The notes: generated by a model not told the origin, from the letters alone. A stretch of 63,821 bases of DNA, filler included, from Octopus bimaculoides (GCF_001194135.2; 5 parts of 5 records of this genome joined end to end with filler, not necessarily neighbours in it); one strand, 5' to 3'. Shown: positions 38,650-52,208, counted from the whole stretch's first letter. Numbers and translations are program-made.

Positions 38650-39500
<851 letters not shown>

Positions 39501-40868
39501 GATTTTATATTCTCAATATTTATTATTATAAAGACTATTTTGTTTTTGTGAATAATATTTTTGGCATATCTTGTTTATTGACTGCATTTTTATTATGTAA
39601 TTTTCTATCGAATTGAATTCTTTTTTTTTTTAACGATATATTTTTGTCTTGAACTATGTAATAATGCCTTAAGTTAACGAGTCTATTGAGATCCGATGTT
39701 ACTTCTACATAAAAGTTGCTCCTTTACAGATATTGCACGCCTATTTTGTTTTGGTTGCGTTGTGACTTCAGACTGCATCCGGTAACGAAGCCCGAGGTCG
39801 GGAGTTCCAAGGTTTGAGGAATGTGAAACAATTTCTAAGCCATTATTATTCCCAGGTCTACTCTAACTCGGAGTGTCAGCACATATCAGTGTCCTAGCTA
39901 TGGATCAAGTACAATATTAAGGCTTACCTTCTTATGCATGTAAAGACTGGATCAGATGGACTGTGCGGAAGAAGCCTCCTTGCTTCAATGGAGAGGAAGG
40001 TGGCTGCAATAACGCATTGTGGAGTGTAGAGATCAAGATGTGCCAAGTCATCTTAGCCATGTACAGCACAAGTCACCATCCCCAGTCTCTCGACCAGGTC
40101 TTCGCATTGGATTCAATATGATGATGAGCGAAAGAGTGAGGTTTTCGGTGAACAACACTTATCTTTAAACACAGTCGCCGCATAAATCACCGGGCATCTT
40201 TAAGGATGACTAAATGCTCCTTATTGGTCCGATAAATGAACTTAATAGGATAGCCGCGTTTTAGGTTTTGCTTTTTATAAGTCTAAATCAGTAAATCACG
40301 ACAATGACTACGAATTTTGAAGGGCTTTTGAGACTTGAGAGATTAAACGTATTGATTAAATTCAGCACGGAATCTTGCTTTGAATGCTTGCAACAATTAC
40401 TCTTGCTATTTCTTACTTCTCGCATCCGTCTATTACTTCAGTCGTTGTAGTATACAGTTCGTCTTCCAAGGTGATACGAAAGGTACATTTAGTTTTCTTC
40501 ATGTTTTGTTGATATTAGTTTTCTGTTGTTCTCTACTAGGTATTTTTGTAGCTATATGGTAGATGTTTGGAAACAGGGCTCTAATTGCAGAAAATCTTTA
40601 TTTTGCTTGTGATAGTAACAAATATGTTTCTGTGTCAAATTTAGAGTACTGTGTTTCAAATGCCGTCATTATTTTCTAGTTTTCTAACAAATCTTGCTCA
40701 TTCGCGTAGGTTGAAGTTGATAGCTTAATGACTGTAGGTTATTAGTGGATCAGCTGCAATATTGATACATCTTAGTTTACGTTTAGCATTTATCTTTGTT
40801 TTATATAGTTATCTAATGCGTTTGAAATGCTCCTGCATAAACCTTATATCTTGAAGTATATCTACTTA

Positions 40869-40910
<42 letters not shown>

Positions 40911-40911
40911 G

Positions 40912-40963
<52 letters not shown>

Positions 40964-41954
40964 CATTTCTTTTATTAGCCACACAGGGCTCAACGAAGAT
41001 GGGACAAATACAATGTAGAGCTTTTCTTTTTGGGAGGGGGAAGGAAGGAAAAAAAAAAAAAAAANNNNNNNNNNNNNNNNNNNNNNNNNNNNNNNNNNNN
41101 NNNNNNNNNNNNNNNNNNNNNNNNNNNNNNNNNNNNNNNNNNNNNNNNNNNNNNNNNNNNNNNNNNNNNNNNNNNNNNNNNNNNNNNNNNNNNNNNNNNN
41201 NNNNNNNNNNNNNNNNNNNNNNNNNNNNNNNNNNNNNNNNNNNNNNNNNNNNNNNNNNNNNNNNNNNNNNNNNNNNNNNNNNNNNNNNNNNNNNNNNNNN
41301 NNNNNNNNNNNNNNNNNNNNNNNNNNNNNNNNNNNNNNNNNNNNNNNNNNNNNNNNNNNNNNNNNNNNNNNNNNNNNNNNNNNNNNNNNNNNNNNNNNNN
41401 NNNNNNNNNNNNNNNNNNNNNNNNNNNNNNNNNNNNNNNNNNNNNNNNNNNNNNNNNNNNNNNNNNNNNNNNNNNNNNNNNNNNNNNNNNNNNNNNNNNN
41501 NNNNNNNNNNNNNNNNNNNNNNNNNNNNNNNNNNNNNNNNNNNNNNNNNNNNNNNNNNNNNNNNNNNNNNNNNNNNNNNNNNNNNNNNNNNNNNNNNNNN
41601 NNNNNNNNNNNNNNNNNNNNNNNNNNNNNNNNNNNNNNNNNNNNNNNNNNNNNNNNNNNNNNNNNNNNNNNNNNNNNNNNNNNNNNNNNNNNNNNNNNNN
41701 NNNNNNNNNNNNNNNNNNNNNNNNNNNNNNNNNNNNNNNNNNNNNNNNNNNNNNNNNNNNNNNNNNNNNNNNNNNNNNNNNNNNNNNNNNNNNNNNNNNN
41801 NNNNNNNNNNNNNNNNNNNNNNNNNNNNNNNNNNNNNNNNNNNNNNNNNNNNNNNNNNNNNNNNNNNNNNNNNNNNNNCCACTATAGAATGCGTTAGTTG
41901 TGATGCAGTCGCTCAAGGTTGACCCGGGTTGTTGGAGTTGCCGAAGAGCAGCGC
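40964..41954 (-). mobile_element. Probable 5'-truncated L1/Tx1-like LINE embedded in (GATA)n, with its interior in an N gap
   Basis: Unique ends are bracketed by (GATA)n at 40869-40962 and 41955-42037. The minus-strand 5' end encodes AALRQLQQPGSTLSDCITTNAFY, and the 3' end has a T-run and ...ggctaataaaagaaat (AATAAA). The clade call is from memory. Confidence 0.5.
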
Positions 41955-42038
<84 letters not shown>

Positions 42039-42057
42039 TGTCTGTATCTCCAATGGT

Positions 42058-42205
42058 CAAATTTCCGTCTACCGAATTATTTCATTAAAAGGCTTTGGAT
42101 GACTTCCAGCTATGTTAGAAGAATTTTCCCCAAAGTTCTGCGCAGTGGGATTGAAAGTAGAACTATGAAATTCGAAAGCGAACTTCATGACAGGAAGGCC
42201 ATATG
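42058..42205 (-). mobile_element. Diverged OR2-type SINE fragment
   Basis: tttccgtctacc...aaggctttgg and cagtgggattgaa match the 58853 family. Confidence 0.6.
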
Positions 42206-42374
42206 CCCAGACAAACAGCCTTCAAACTCATATAGCCGTACAACACATGTAACACATATATACAGAAATACACACAAAGATTTTGCGTACTTCAAATAGA
42301 TATTTATAAACTTAAAAAGGACACATTCTAATAGATACGAAGACACACCGTCACATACAGACACACAGACACAC

Positions 42375-42433
<59 letters not shown>

Positions 42434-42443
42434 NNNNNNNNNN

Positions 42444-42510
<67 letters not shown>

Positions 42511-43229
42511 CACTCACACACATAAGGAATCATAGTGCCAAAGAAGTGTAAGTACAATATGTTTTCAGTCTGATACTTCTTTTTCTGTCGTTATATGTTC
42601 TTGTTTTTTTTTTTTGTTTTTTTTTCGGATGGCAAGAAGAATCAATAAGATTTGCAGAAGAAATTAAAGTCTTAAGTATTGATTTCTTCTTCTTTTACAT
42701 GAGATCACTTTCGATTGTTGTTGACTTCTGTCCGACGAAAGTTGACAAAACAAGTGAGTTTAGTCAACCAGATGACACAGTGGGAATACATACGCTGATG
42801 TATATAATTTACATAACTAGAATTCTAGAGGCGGCGAAGAATACAGATCGACAAACAGAACAGACGGCAAGACAGGGAGATATGGTTAACGTTAATTCTT
42901 TTGCAAGTGAGAGAGCGAGCGAGTAAGACAGACAGAGGAAGAGAAATTGTGAGAGAGAATATAAAAGCAGAGAAATCATGAAAGAGAGATTGAGAGTGAT
43001 ATATGACTGACCTGCTTCATTTTAATTATTGATAGATGCCTCAACATAGTATGAAACATCTTGTAGAATGTTGACTTGTTTGCAAAACACGAATACGCCC
43101 ATCTTTCCACACACATGTTCATACAGATTATACCTACAGACACATGCATACATGTATATTCATATACTTGTGTACGTATGTGCATATACATATATATTTT
43201 ATATGTACATACATATACATATACATTTG

Positions 43230-43273
<44 letters not shown>

Positions 43274-44278
43274 AATATGTACATACATATATATATAATA
43301 TATATACATACATATATACATATACATATATATATATGTGTATGTGTATGTATGTATATATATATATATATAGGTAGGAGATTAACTTCTCAATACTTCT
43401 CCACTATCGACTTTGGATGACACTTAACAGTCCTGCTCATACGTTTATCATAAGCTGATACCTGAAAAATTTTGTTTTATCAACATTGGAGCATTCATAA
43501 CAAGAAACTTTTGTCTTTTTTGCTGGTGGGTGTTTGGTAGAGCATTACCTGATAAAACTTAATATCTATAAAGACATAGAATCAGGCATGTATATAATTT
43601 TTTTCAGATTCGTGTATAGTTTGTCATAACTTCTGTAATGGTTATACAATGCTTATACAATATGACGTCTCGTTTTTATTCAAACAAGTGTTTTGATATT
43701 CTTTAAAACATCGAAAGAAATATAAACACATGGAACAGTTTCCTCAAACATTAATATATGTAAATACGTGAGGATGCTTGTTGTCTGACTTTGATTTACA
43801 CAGAAGTGTTTAGAGTTAAGGGCCTTAGTCTGGGATACAACTGCATACCTGAAATGGAGTCTTTATGCGGCCGCTTCATAAGCTGTAAACATCTGCAACA
43901 TATGACACAAACGGCACCATAACAACTAAGAGTTAAACGCATAGAATAGCACAGTCCTGTGTGTATCGTGCTTGGAAAAAGATGAGACGGTAACGTATAG
44001 AATATCGTTAATCATATACCTAGATATTCTTGATTAATTCAGCCCATGACAAAACAGAAACAGTGACACATCGATAACTGAAATTGAAACTGCAATCCAT
44101 ACACTTGTATCCAAATATGCTTTTTTAGTTCACAAATTACCATACTTAGTTCGTGTGAACACTAAATATCAGGACTTTGTCGACAAGACACATGTCAAGG
44201 AACGGCACGCAGCCTCAATTCCTATTGAAGTCAACTGCTTTTTAGTTAGAGCGGTGCAGTATTTCTACCACATTAGTT

Positions 44279-44662
44279 GTTGTTGGCACTCCGTTGCTTA
44301 CGACGTCGAGGGTTCCAGTTGGTCCGATCAACGGAACAGCCTGCTCGTGAAATTAACGTGCAAGTGGCTGAGCACTCCACAGACACGTGTACCCTTAACG
44401 TAGTTCTCGGGGATATTCAGCGTGACACAGTGTGACAAGACTGACCCTTTGAATTACAGGCACAACAGAAACAGGAAGTAAGAGTGAGAGAAAGTTGTGG
44501 TGAAAGAGTACGGCAGGGTTCGCCACCATCCCCTGCCAGAGCCTCGTGGAGCTTTAGGTGTTTTCGCTCAATAAACACTCACAACGCCCGGTCTGGGGAT
44601 CGAAACCGTGATCCTATGACCGCGAGTTCGCTGCCCTAACCACTAGGCCATTGCCCCTCCAC
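44279..44662 (-). mobile_element. Full-length OK-type SINE with a 12-bp TSD
   Basis: Near-identical to 22329-22707. The TSD is ACCACATTAGTT (44267-44278) vs ACCAGATTAGTT (44663-44674). Confidence 0.92.
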
Positions 44663-46404
44663 ACCAGATTAGTTAGGATACGTACAACTGTAGGAAGCAA
44701 CCAAGGTGAAGGTTAAGGAAGCTAAAACCATCTATCAGCAGCTGTGGTTGACAAGAAACAGCAGAGGCAAAACTTACAGGTTCAAGGTGTAAACTTTTGT
44801 GACGCTGAACTACATGTTGATGAAACGCAAGAATGTTTTAACAATGCGATAGATGCAGAAGAAAGGCTGGCAATAGTTGAGTCGCTCCTGCTGCTTTTGT
44901 ATGAGGAAATGCATCCCTGAAGTTTATTTCACCTGTTGTTGCGATTCTTAAAATATCATGTAAGACTTTCTTGTAATGAGACAAAATTAAACACTGAACA
45001 TACGTTATCGCTCTTAAATGTGAACATTTCACGCGTTTTCAATTTTTAGGAAAATAATAAAAAGAAAACATTAAAAAAAGAAGATACAGAATTTGTTGGT
45101 GCAAATCTGAATAATAGTGAAAATTTGCATCGAAAATAGAATTCTATTGGAAATAAAGGTTACAACTGACTCTTATACTTGGGCAAATTCCAATCTCATT
45201 TTCTTCCGTTATTTTGTTTTTCTTCTTTATTTGGCAAATAGTGAACTTATACTTTGCTTTCTTTCGCTGGTTAGTTTAACGATGCTATTATTGTTGTTGT
45301 TATTGTTGTTGGTTAAATTAACTTGGAACTTCGTGTTCTGGCAAGCGAACATATAAATATGTTTGAGGCGCAAATAGCCTGGAGTTTTTACTGCCGCAGT
45401 TTTTTCGGATAATGGATTGTGATAACTTAACCCAAGTCGCGAACGTTGACACCATGTTGTTTGAAAATAGAAATTTATCTCGCTATATTTTTGGTTTATA
45501 TCATTACTAAAGTTATTTTTGTTATTTTTGTATTTGTGTAGCATCTGGGGATACTTCACTGGGAACACCTGCGATGAAACGCGTTCCTGTCATAATTTCT
45601 TCTATCTATTTTCCAACGTACATATATTCAAAATTAAGCTATGTATGTTCTTCCACTTCAAAATAACAAGTAAAATTTAAAAGAGATGTGGTTGCTATTC
45701 ATCGAATGTCTAGCAATACCCTAGAGCAAAAGTCGTCAAACTTGTTTTTCCTTTGACCTCTTCATGGAATCGTTGATAATTTATGGAATCCACCACCAAA
45801 CCTATCATGGAAATTTAATTTCTACAATAAAATTGGAAAGTATAATTAATAAAAAATACAATCTTCATTTAAAAACAATAAATCGTTTGCTGTTTTGTGC
45901 CATTACCACTTTTTAAGAAGAAATATTTGAAGAAATTTGATTAAAAATATTTAATGAAATTGATAAAAAAAAACAGAAAATTCAGTCATATTATTTTGAT
46001 ATCGTGAGAATATTTAATGTGAAATGTCTGTTTAGTGAATACCAGAAACTGCATCGATATTTGGCTCGAAATTAGTAAATTTTAGCCTTAAACGACTGTG
46101 CTTTTCCAGGTTCGGTTCGCTTATAATTCAGGACCTTTAATGATCGAAATTATTTCAGATGTTTATTTACCCTTTGGATAGCTACATAAATTCCAAGGAG
46201 TCAACAGCCTCGAAATTTACTGCTCTGATATTATTTCTTGATATGCTACATCTTCGCATTCACCGTTTCATTTGAAAAATGAATGAAGTGACACAGCATA
46301 AACGGTTTAACATACAGACTATATAAACATGGTGGTTATTTCAGGAAAGTGGATATGTCTATGAATATATACCTAGACATATGCACATATAAGTATATAC
46401 ATGT

Positions 46405-46466
<62 letters not shown>

Positions 46467-46549
46467 NNNNNNNNNNNNNNNNNNNNNNNNNNNNNNNNNN
46501 NNNNNNNNNNNNNNNNNNNNNNNNNNNNNNNNNNNNNNNNNNNNNNNNN

Positions 46550-46597
<48 letters not shown>

Positions 46598-46599
<2 letters not shown>

Positions 46600-47226
46600 T
46601 AGCTGAATAACCCGTCGTTGCCAGGCAAGTATTACAATAGAATGTCTTATATAAATTTTTCTTCATTCCATTCCTGAGCATTCTTTCCCCGACAGATAGT
46701 CCTCTTAATCTGTGTGCGAGTGTTTCTTTGAGATGGGCAGCAGAAACGACACTTACCACCTCTGTCCTTAAACTACCTATTCCTCACACTCACTTTCTCT
46801 GTTTGTGTGCGTATGTGTGTGTGTTGTATCTATGTATTTAATATTCTCTGTATTTAATATGGTAACGGTACTGCAGTTGTCATATATATGCGACGCTGCA
46901 TACATATGCAGCGTCGCGTATATATGACAGCTGTAGTACCGTTACCATCCCATGGCCACCGCTGTTCTCGCCTTCATTGATATAAGTCATCCTCTATCTG
47001 CTGGTACCTTTCCCTCAGATTAATACCTTTTGCAACCTTCACATTTTATCATATAATTCCCCAATGCCCCTAGGGTGCACGTTATATATTTTTGTTGAAA
47101 TCCAATTAGCCTATTATTGATATTATTGAACTAGATGTTAGTGTAACATGTATGCAAAGTGTCGTGAAAATTGATTCACTGATTTAAGCACTAATATTAT
47201 AACAGACAGATAGAAATTGCCATTTA
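46598..47226 (+). mobile_element. Helitron/Helentron-like non-autonomous element
   Basis: It begins ACTAGCTGAATAACCCGTCGTTGCCAGG directly after (TA)n and ends ...gcaaagtgtcgtgaaaattgattcactgattt...acagacagatagaaattgccattta. This resembles the termini of Lep1/DINE-type elements as I recall them. Confidence 0.55.
46859..46948 (+). other. 90-bp near-perfect hairpin
   Basis: Arms of 44 bp with 41 Watson-Crick pairs and 3 G-U pairs on the + strand, and a 2-nt centre. Confidence 0.9.
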
Positions 47227-47247
47227 CGCACATGCACACACACACGC

Positions 47248-47299
<52 letters not shown>

Positions 47300-47632
47300 A
47301 AGAATAATGGAAAATTGAGACAAACGCACAAGCTGTTATTTAAACCATTTATATCATTTATATCAACATATCACCGATATAGGTTTCGATTGATGCATTA
47401 GAATAAATCTGAGAGGAAGAATAATGTCCAAAAATTCATCAGTCACACCGGGGAAGAGATTACAAACAATAATGCTCATCAATAAGTTATTTTTACAGAT
47501 GAAACTGCAATATATAATATATAATATATATANNNNNNNNNNNNNNNNNNNNNNNNNNNNNNNNNNNNNNNNNNNNTTAATTAATTAANNNNNNNNNNNN
47601 NNNNNNNNNNNNNNNNNNNNNNNNNNNNNNNN

Positions 47633-47664
<32 letters not shown>

Positions 47665-48547
47665 CTGATGACGTCATCAGAATTTATAAACTTTAGAGAG
47701 AAACTTCAGAAAGAATTGTGCTTTGGAACTTTTTTATCGAAAAAATTGAAACCACCGACTATTTTGTCAACACGCTTTTCAAAATGTTTGTCAAAATATT
47801 TACATGCTATTATTTATAGCATTTATGTGCTTCGAGAGCCAGTTGCGAAAAACAAATATTTATATACACACATTTTTTTATTGATTTACTTTTGCGTGTG
47901 TTTGCTTATCAAAAATAATGTAATAGTGGTTCTTTTTTTACTCAAGGTGAAAAATAACCCCTCTTTTTTTTATTTACTATAGGGACTCGTATTTTTCTAA
48001 TGAATCTGCATGTTCTTCCGTTGGAAGATACATTTTTGTATTACGTGACAAACCAGGAAAAATTCGGTAGCTTTTTTGTATCTTTTGCTTCAACGTGCAT
48101 TCTAACCACATTCTACAGTAAATATGATCTTAATAAATTGACCTATGACGTATCTAATTATCAACATACATTAGATATTCTTCTACTTTACAAATTAATT
48201 TGAATTAAATTTTCCGCTATAAGAAAATTCTCAATAATCAATATTTTATTGCAAACTAAAAGAATTATAAAATACTCCACTAATTCTGTTGTAATAGACC
48301 ACAATATAAATAATTGATTCCCCATTCAACCATTCCACCACTAAAATGTAAAATATACACAGATGGTAGAGAGGCATTTCATAATATTACGCTCTATCAT
48401 ATTTGACACTTACTATCGGACATCTGCAGAGGTGGACATACCCTCTCTTGCTTTATGGAAAGATACAATTAAGTTCTAGACAAGTACCGACATAAACCAA
48501 CCCACAATATTACAAGTGAACTGTATGTGAAACTGTGAACATATAGA

Positions 48548-48957
48548 CTGGTGGAATCGTTAGCACACTGGGCAAACTGCTTACCATAATTTCATCCGGT
48601 TTAACTTTCTGAGTTCAAATGCCACCGAGGTCTACTGCGCTTTACATCCTTTCGGGGTCGGTAAAATAAGTACTAGCTGAGCACTGAGGTCGATAAAATA
48701 AGTACCAATTGAGCAACGAGGTCGATGTAATCGACTTAGCGCCTCTTCCTAAATTTGTGCTTGTAATAGAAAGGATTAGCACGCCGGAGAAAATGCTTAG
48801 CAGCATTTTGTCCGTCATTACCTTCTGAGTTCAAATTCCGCCGAGGTCGGCTTAACCTTTCGTCATTTCATCATAAACACCAGTGAAACACTGGGGTCGA
48901 TGCAATTGACTAGTACCCTCCCCATAAATCTGAGGCCTTGTGCCTCTTATATAAAGG

Positions 48958-48996
<39 letters not shown>

Positions 48997-49047
48997 GTTC
49001 AGTAGTTTTATTTTTATAACGTGCTTTTATTATTATTATTATTATTA

Positions 49048-49087
<40 letters not shown>

Positions 49088-49685
49088 CATTATTAAAGAG
49101 GCGTTGACCTGGCAGAATCGTCCGCACGCTTGACAAAATGATTAGCATTTGGTCGTGGGGGTAGTCGATTCCATGAACTCCAGTTCTCAGTTGATACTTA
49201 CTTCATCGACTGCCGAAAGAATGAATAGCAAAGTCGACTACAGTGAAACTTGACCTCAGGACGTGAAGCCGGACGAAATGCCGCTGAACATTTCGTGCAA
49301 CGTACCAACTATTCTGTCACTTCCCGTCAATAATAATGACGATAGTTTCGAATTTTGGATCAAAGCCATCAATTTCGTGTGAAGTGGGTAAGTCGAGGAG
49401 ATCGACACTAGTGTTCAATTGATGCTTATTTCACCGACCGCCGAAAGGATGAAAAGTGAATTCGATCACGGCAGCATTTGAACTCAGAACGAATGGACGA
49501 AATCCTGCTAAGCATATAGTCAACGTGCTAACAATTCTACCAGCTCGCCGCCTTAAGAACAACAACAACAACAACAGTAATAATGGTTTCAAATTTTGGC
49601 ACATGGCCAGCAAGTTCGGAGGAGGAGATAAGTCGATTACTTCGATCTCAGTGTTTAAATGTCACTTATTGTATCGATCTACTAA
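48548..49685. mobile_element. Cluster of about six OR-type SINE units around a (TTA)n tract
   Basis: Plus-strand copies at about 48548-48770 and 48777-48958, and a head at 49096-49147. (TTA)n lies at 48957-49092. Minus-strand copies are at about 49150-49325 and 49345-49555, with a tail at 49580-49685. Confidence 0.85.
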
Positions 49686-50261
49686 ATTTATTCACGAGGC
49701 TTTGGTTGGCGCGAGGCTATAGCAGCAGACAATCTTTAAATTACAGAGCCGAATTTAGTGTAGCCACTTGATGCCAACTCTTCTCTCCCACCCATTTTGT
49801 AGGGTGTATTACCCAATTTTCTGGGCTCTTTTTACAACTATACCCCGTTTGAAATTTGCATTAGTTTTTGTATGAAGAAAAAGGAAGGGAAGGGGACTTG
49901 TTTATAGTCTGTAGAGAAAGCGTGAAACGTATCTGAAAACGAAAAATATACCATGGTCTTCTCCCCACCCCAACTAAAAGACACGAAGAACTATGAAAGA
50001 AAGCGAATAAGTACCGGGGGTGGGGGAAAGAAGAGACATCTAACACTCGATCGTTCTAGAACTCCTAGAATTTAAAACGTATTCACCTGAAAGTCTTTCC
50101 TTCTATTCATTATTAAATGTCTTTCTCTCTACTTCATTATTAAAAGTAAAGAAGCTAGAAAAGTTCGGTGGTATATCAGTCTAATTGTAAATGACTGAGG
50201 CTTTCCTTTCTCTGTTTCTAACGCTTCACTCCTTTTCTTTACGATTAAGAGAGTGAAGTTG

Positions 50262-50555
50262 CATGGCTCTAAAGTTAAGAGTATTCGACCCACAATCGTA
50301 AAGTCAAGAGTACGATTCCCTTTGTTTTTGAGCAAGGTACTTTACTTCACCTTGCCGCAGTTCACTCAGCTGGCTAGAAGGAGATGTAGCTGTAATTCAA
50401 AGGGACCAGCCTTGTCACAGTCTGTGTGAAGCTAAATCTCCCCGACAACTACCTTATGGCATGCATGTCTATGAAGTACTCAGCGATTTGCTCGTTAATT
50501 TTACGAACAGACTATTCCGTTCATCAGATAAACAGGAATCTCGCCATCATAATTG
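50262..50555 (+). mobile_element. Old SINE with a tRNA head and the OK-type central domain
   Basis: The head tggctctaaagttaagag...gagtacgattcc is followed by ctgtaattcaaagggaccagccttgtcaca...gttaattttacgaacagactattccgtt, which aligns to the reverse complement of 22380-22510. Confidence 0.72.
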
Positions 50556-50865
50556 ACCGAGTGCCATTTTTTAAAAAGAGCGAAAGAAAAGGAAATGTTC
50601 CTTATTGTAAGGCAAAAATGTCGTGTATTTAGTATAAGCAGTGAAAGCAAAGACGAAATAATTGCTATTCCGTCGTGTATTCGCCCTCGAATCACGTTCA
50701 GATTCATAACAGCAGTTTGCGCATCCGTGTTTATCTGGGGGCTTGACCCCAGGCCTGTGAGACTCACAAATACCGCTGTTAGGGATCCTAACGATTACAA
50801 AGATTTTCCTGCCCCCATATAGGATCGTTTTCGTTTTCTTCCAACCACTTGTAGGTTTATCTTAC

Positions 50866-51025
50866 TCCAGTTCACTCAGCTACCAAATATGAGTTGTAGC
50901 TGTAATTCAAAGGGGTCAGCCTCGTCATATTCTGTGTGAGGCTGAATCTCCCAGGGACTACGTTAATTATATGCATGTCTTTGGAGCATTCAGCGACTTG
51001 CGAATTAATTTTATCCTCGTGTGGT
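50866..51025 (+). mobile_element. Second, partial copy of the same old SINE
   Basis: ccagttcactcagct...gtagctgtaattcaaaggggtcagcctcgtca. Confidence 0.7.
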
Positions 51026-52171
51026 AATGAAAAGCGGAAGTGACATCCAATATTTGCTGTGTCTATGTATCTATGTATCAACTTGCATTTGGATCTGTGT
51101 ATCTACTGTCTCTCTCACTTTCTTTCTTTCTCTTTCACTTCCTCCGTGTCCCTCCTCTCTCCCGCTTTTAATCTCACAATGTGTATGTATCTATGTATCA
51201 ACTTTTCTTTCAATCTATGTATCTACTTTTCTTGCGATGTGATAAACATTTAAAAACACAAAACGAACGCCATCACCACTCACTGTCTTTCTCTCTCTCC
51301 CTTTTCTCACTCTCACTCTCTATCATTCTCTCTTACTTCCTCTCTGTCCCTCTCTCTCGCTTTGCCATTCACTTCTTTCTTTGAAGTTTGACATACACCA
51401 GAAGCATGTACAAAAACAAACAAAACTAAGCGTATTAATATTATTGATGATCTCTTCCATTTTCTGCTCGCATATATTGTTTCATTTGTCATGCTATATT
51501 AATAAAATATCTACTGTCAAATAGTAATTATTTAGCTTCAACTTCTGTGTTCATTTCTGTATGTTAAGGGCCAACGCATGTTAGATAAAGTTTAGAAGGG
51601 CATATCATATATTGTGTTCTAGTTATTCATGCGTCATCAAACCAGAAATTCTCTTAGAATGCTTGTTAATAATTTATGGAGCTATAAGGAAGAGCTAAAT
51701 CTGATAAGCATTTCTGTTTATCAAATGTTATTTCTGTCCTGGAATACAGTAACACAAGGCGCTATGGTTCTGCTGTGTTCTGCATTCTTTTTTTTCTAAC
51801 CTGCATATATTTCTGATTTTGCCAATATATTCCTTCCACTTCTTTACTGAATGTATTCACCGTATCCTGATGTAACACGTTGTATGAAGTGTTATCTGTG
51901 AGAAAACAGAGCGGAATACCAACGAACACACACATGCGCATCCGTACACACATGTATTGCCCCATAATTCTCACTATTACTGTTATTTTCCTGTTTTCCT
52001 TCCTCATAATTTACTGTCAAAATATCTTAATGTTTACAATAAGATCTGTTTTAGTTTGGGATTAAAAATCTCGTACATAGACGACATTAATTCTCTACAA
52101 TTTATTTCGGAAGCTTATAAAATAAATCATAATATAACACTCATATTTTATCACCATCATCATCATCATTG

Positions 52172-52208
<37 letters not shown>

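Noticed and set aside
48548-49685. CRISPR-like repeat-spacer array
   Set aside because: The units are diverged SINEs of about 200 bp in a eukaryotic genome, with no fixed repeat-spacer period and no cas genes.
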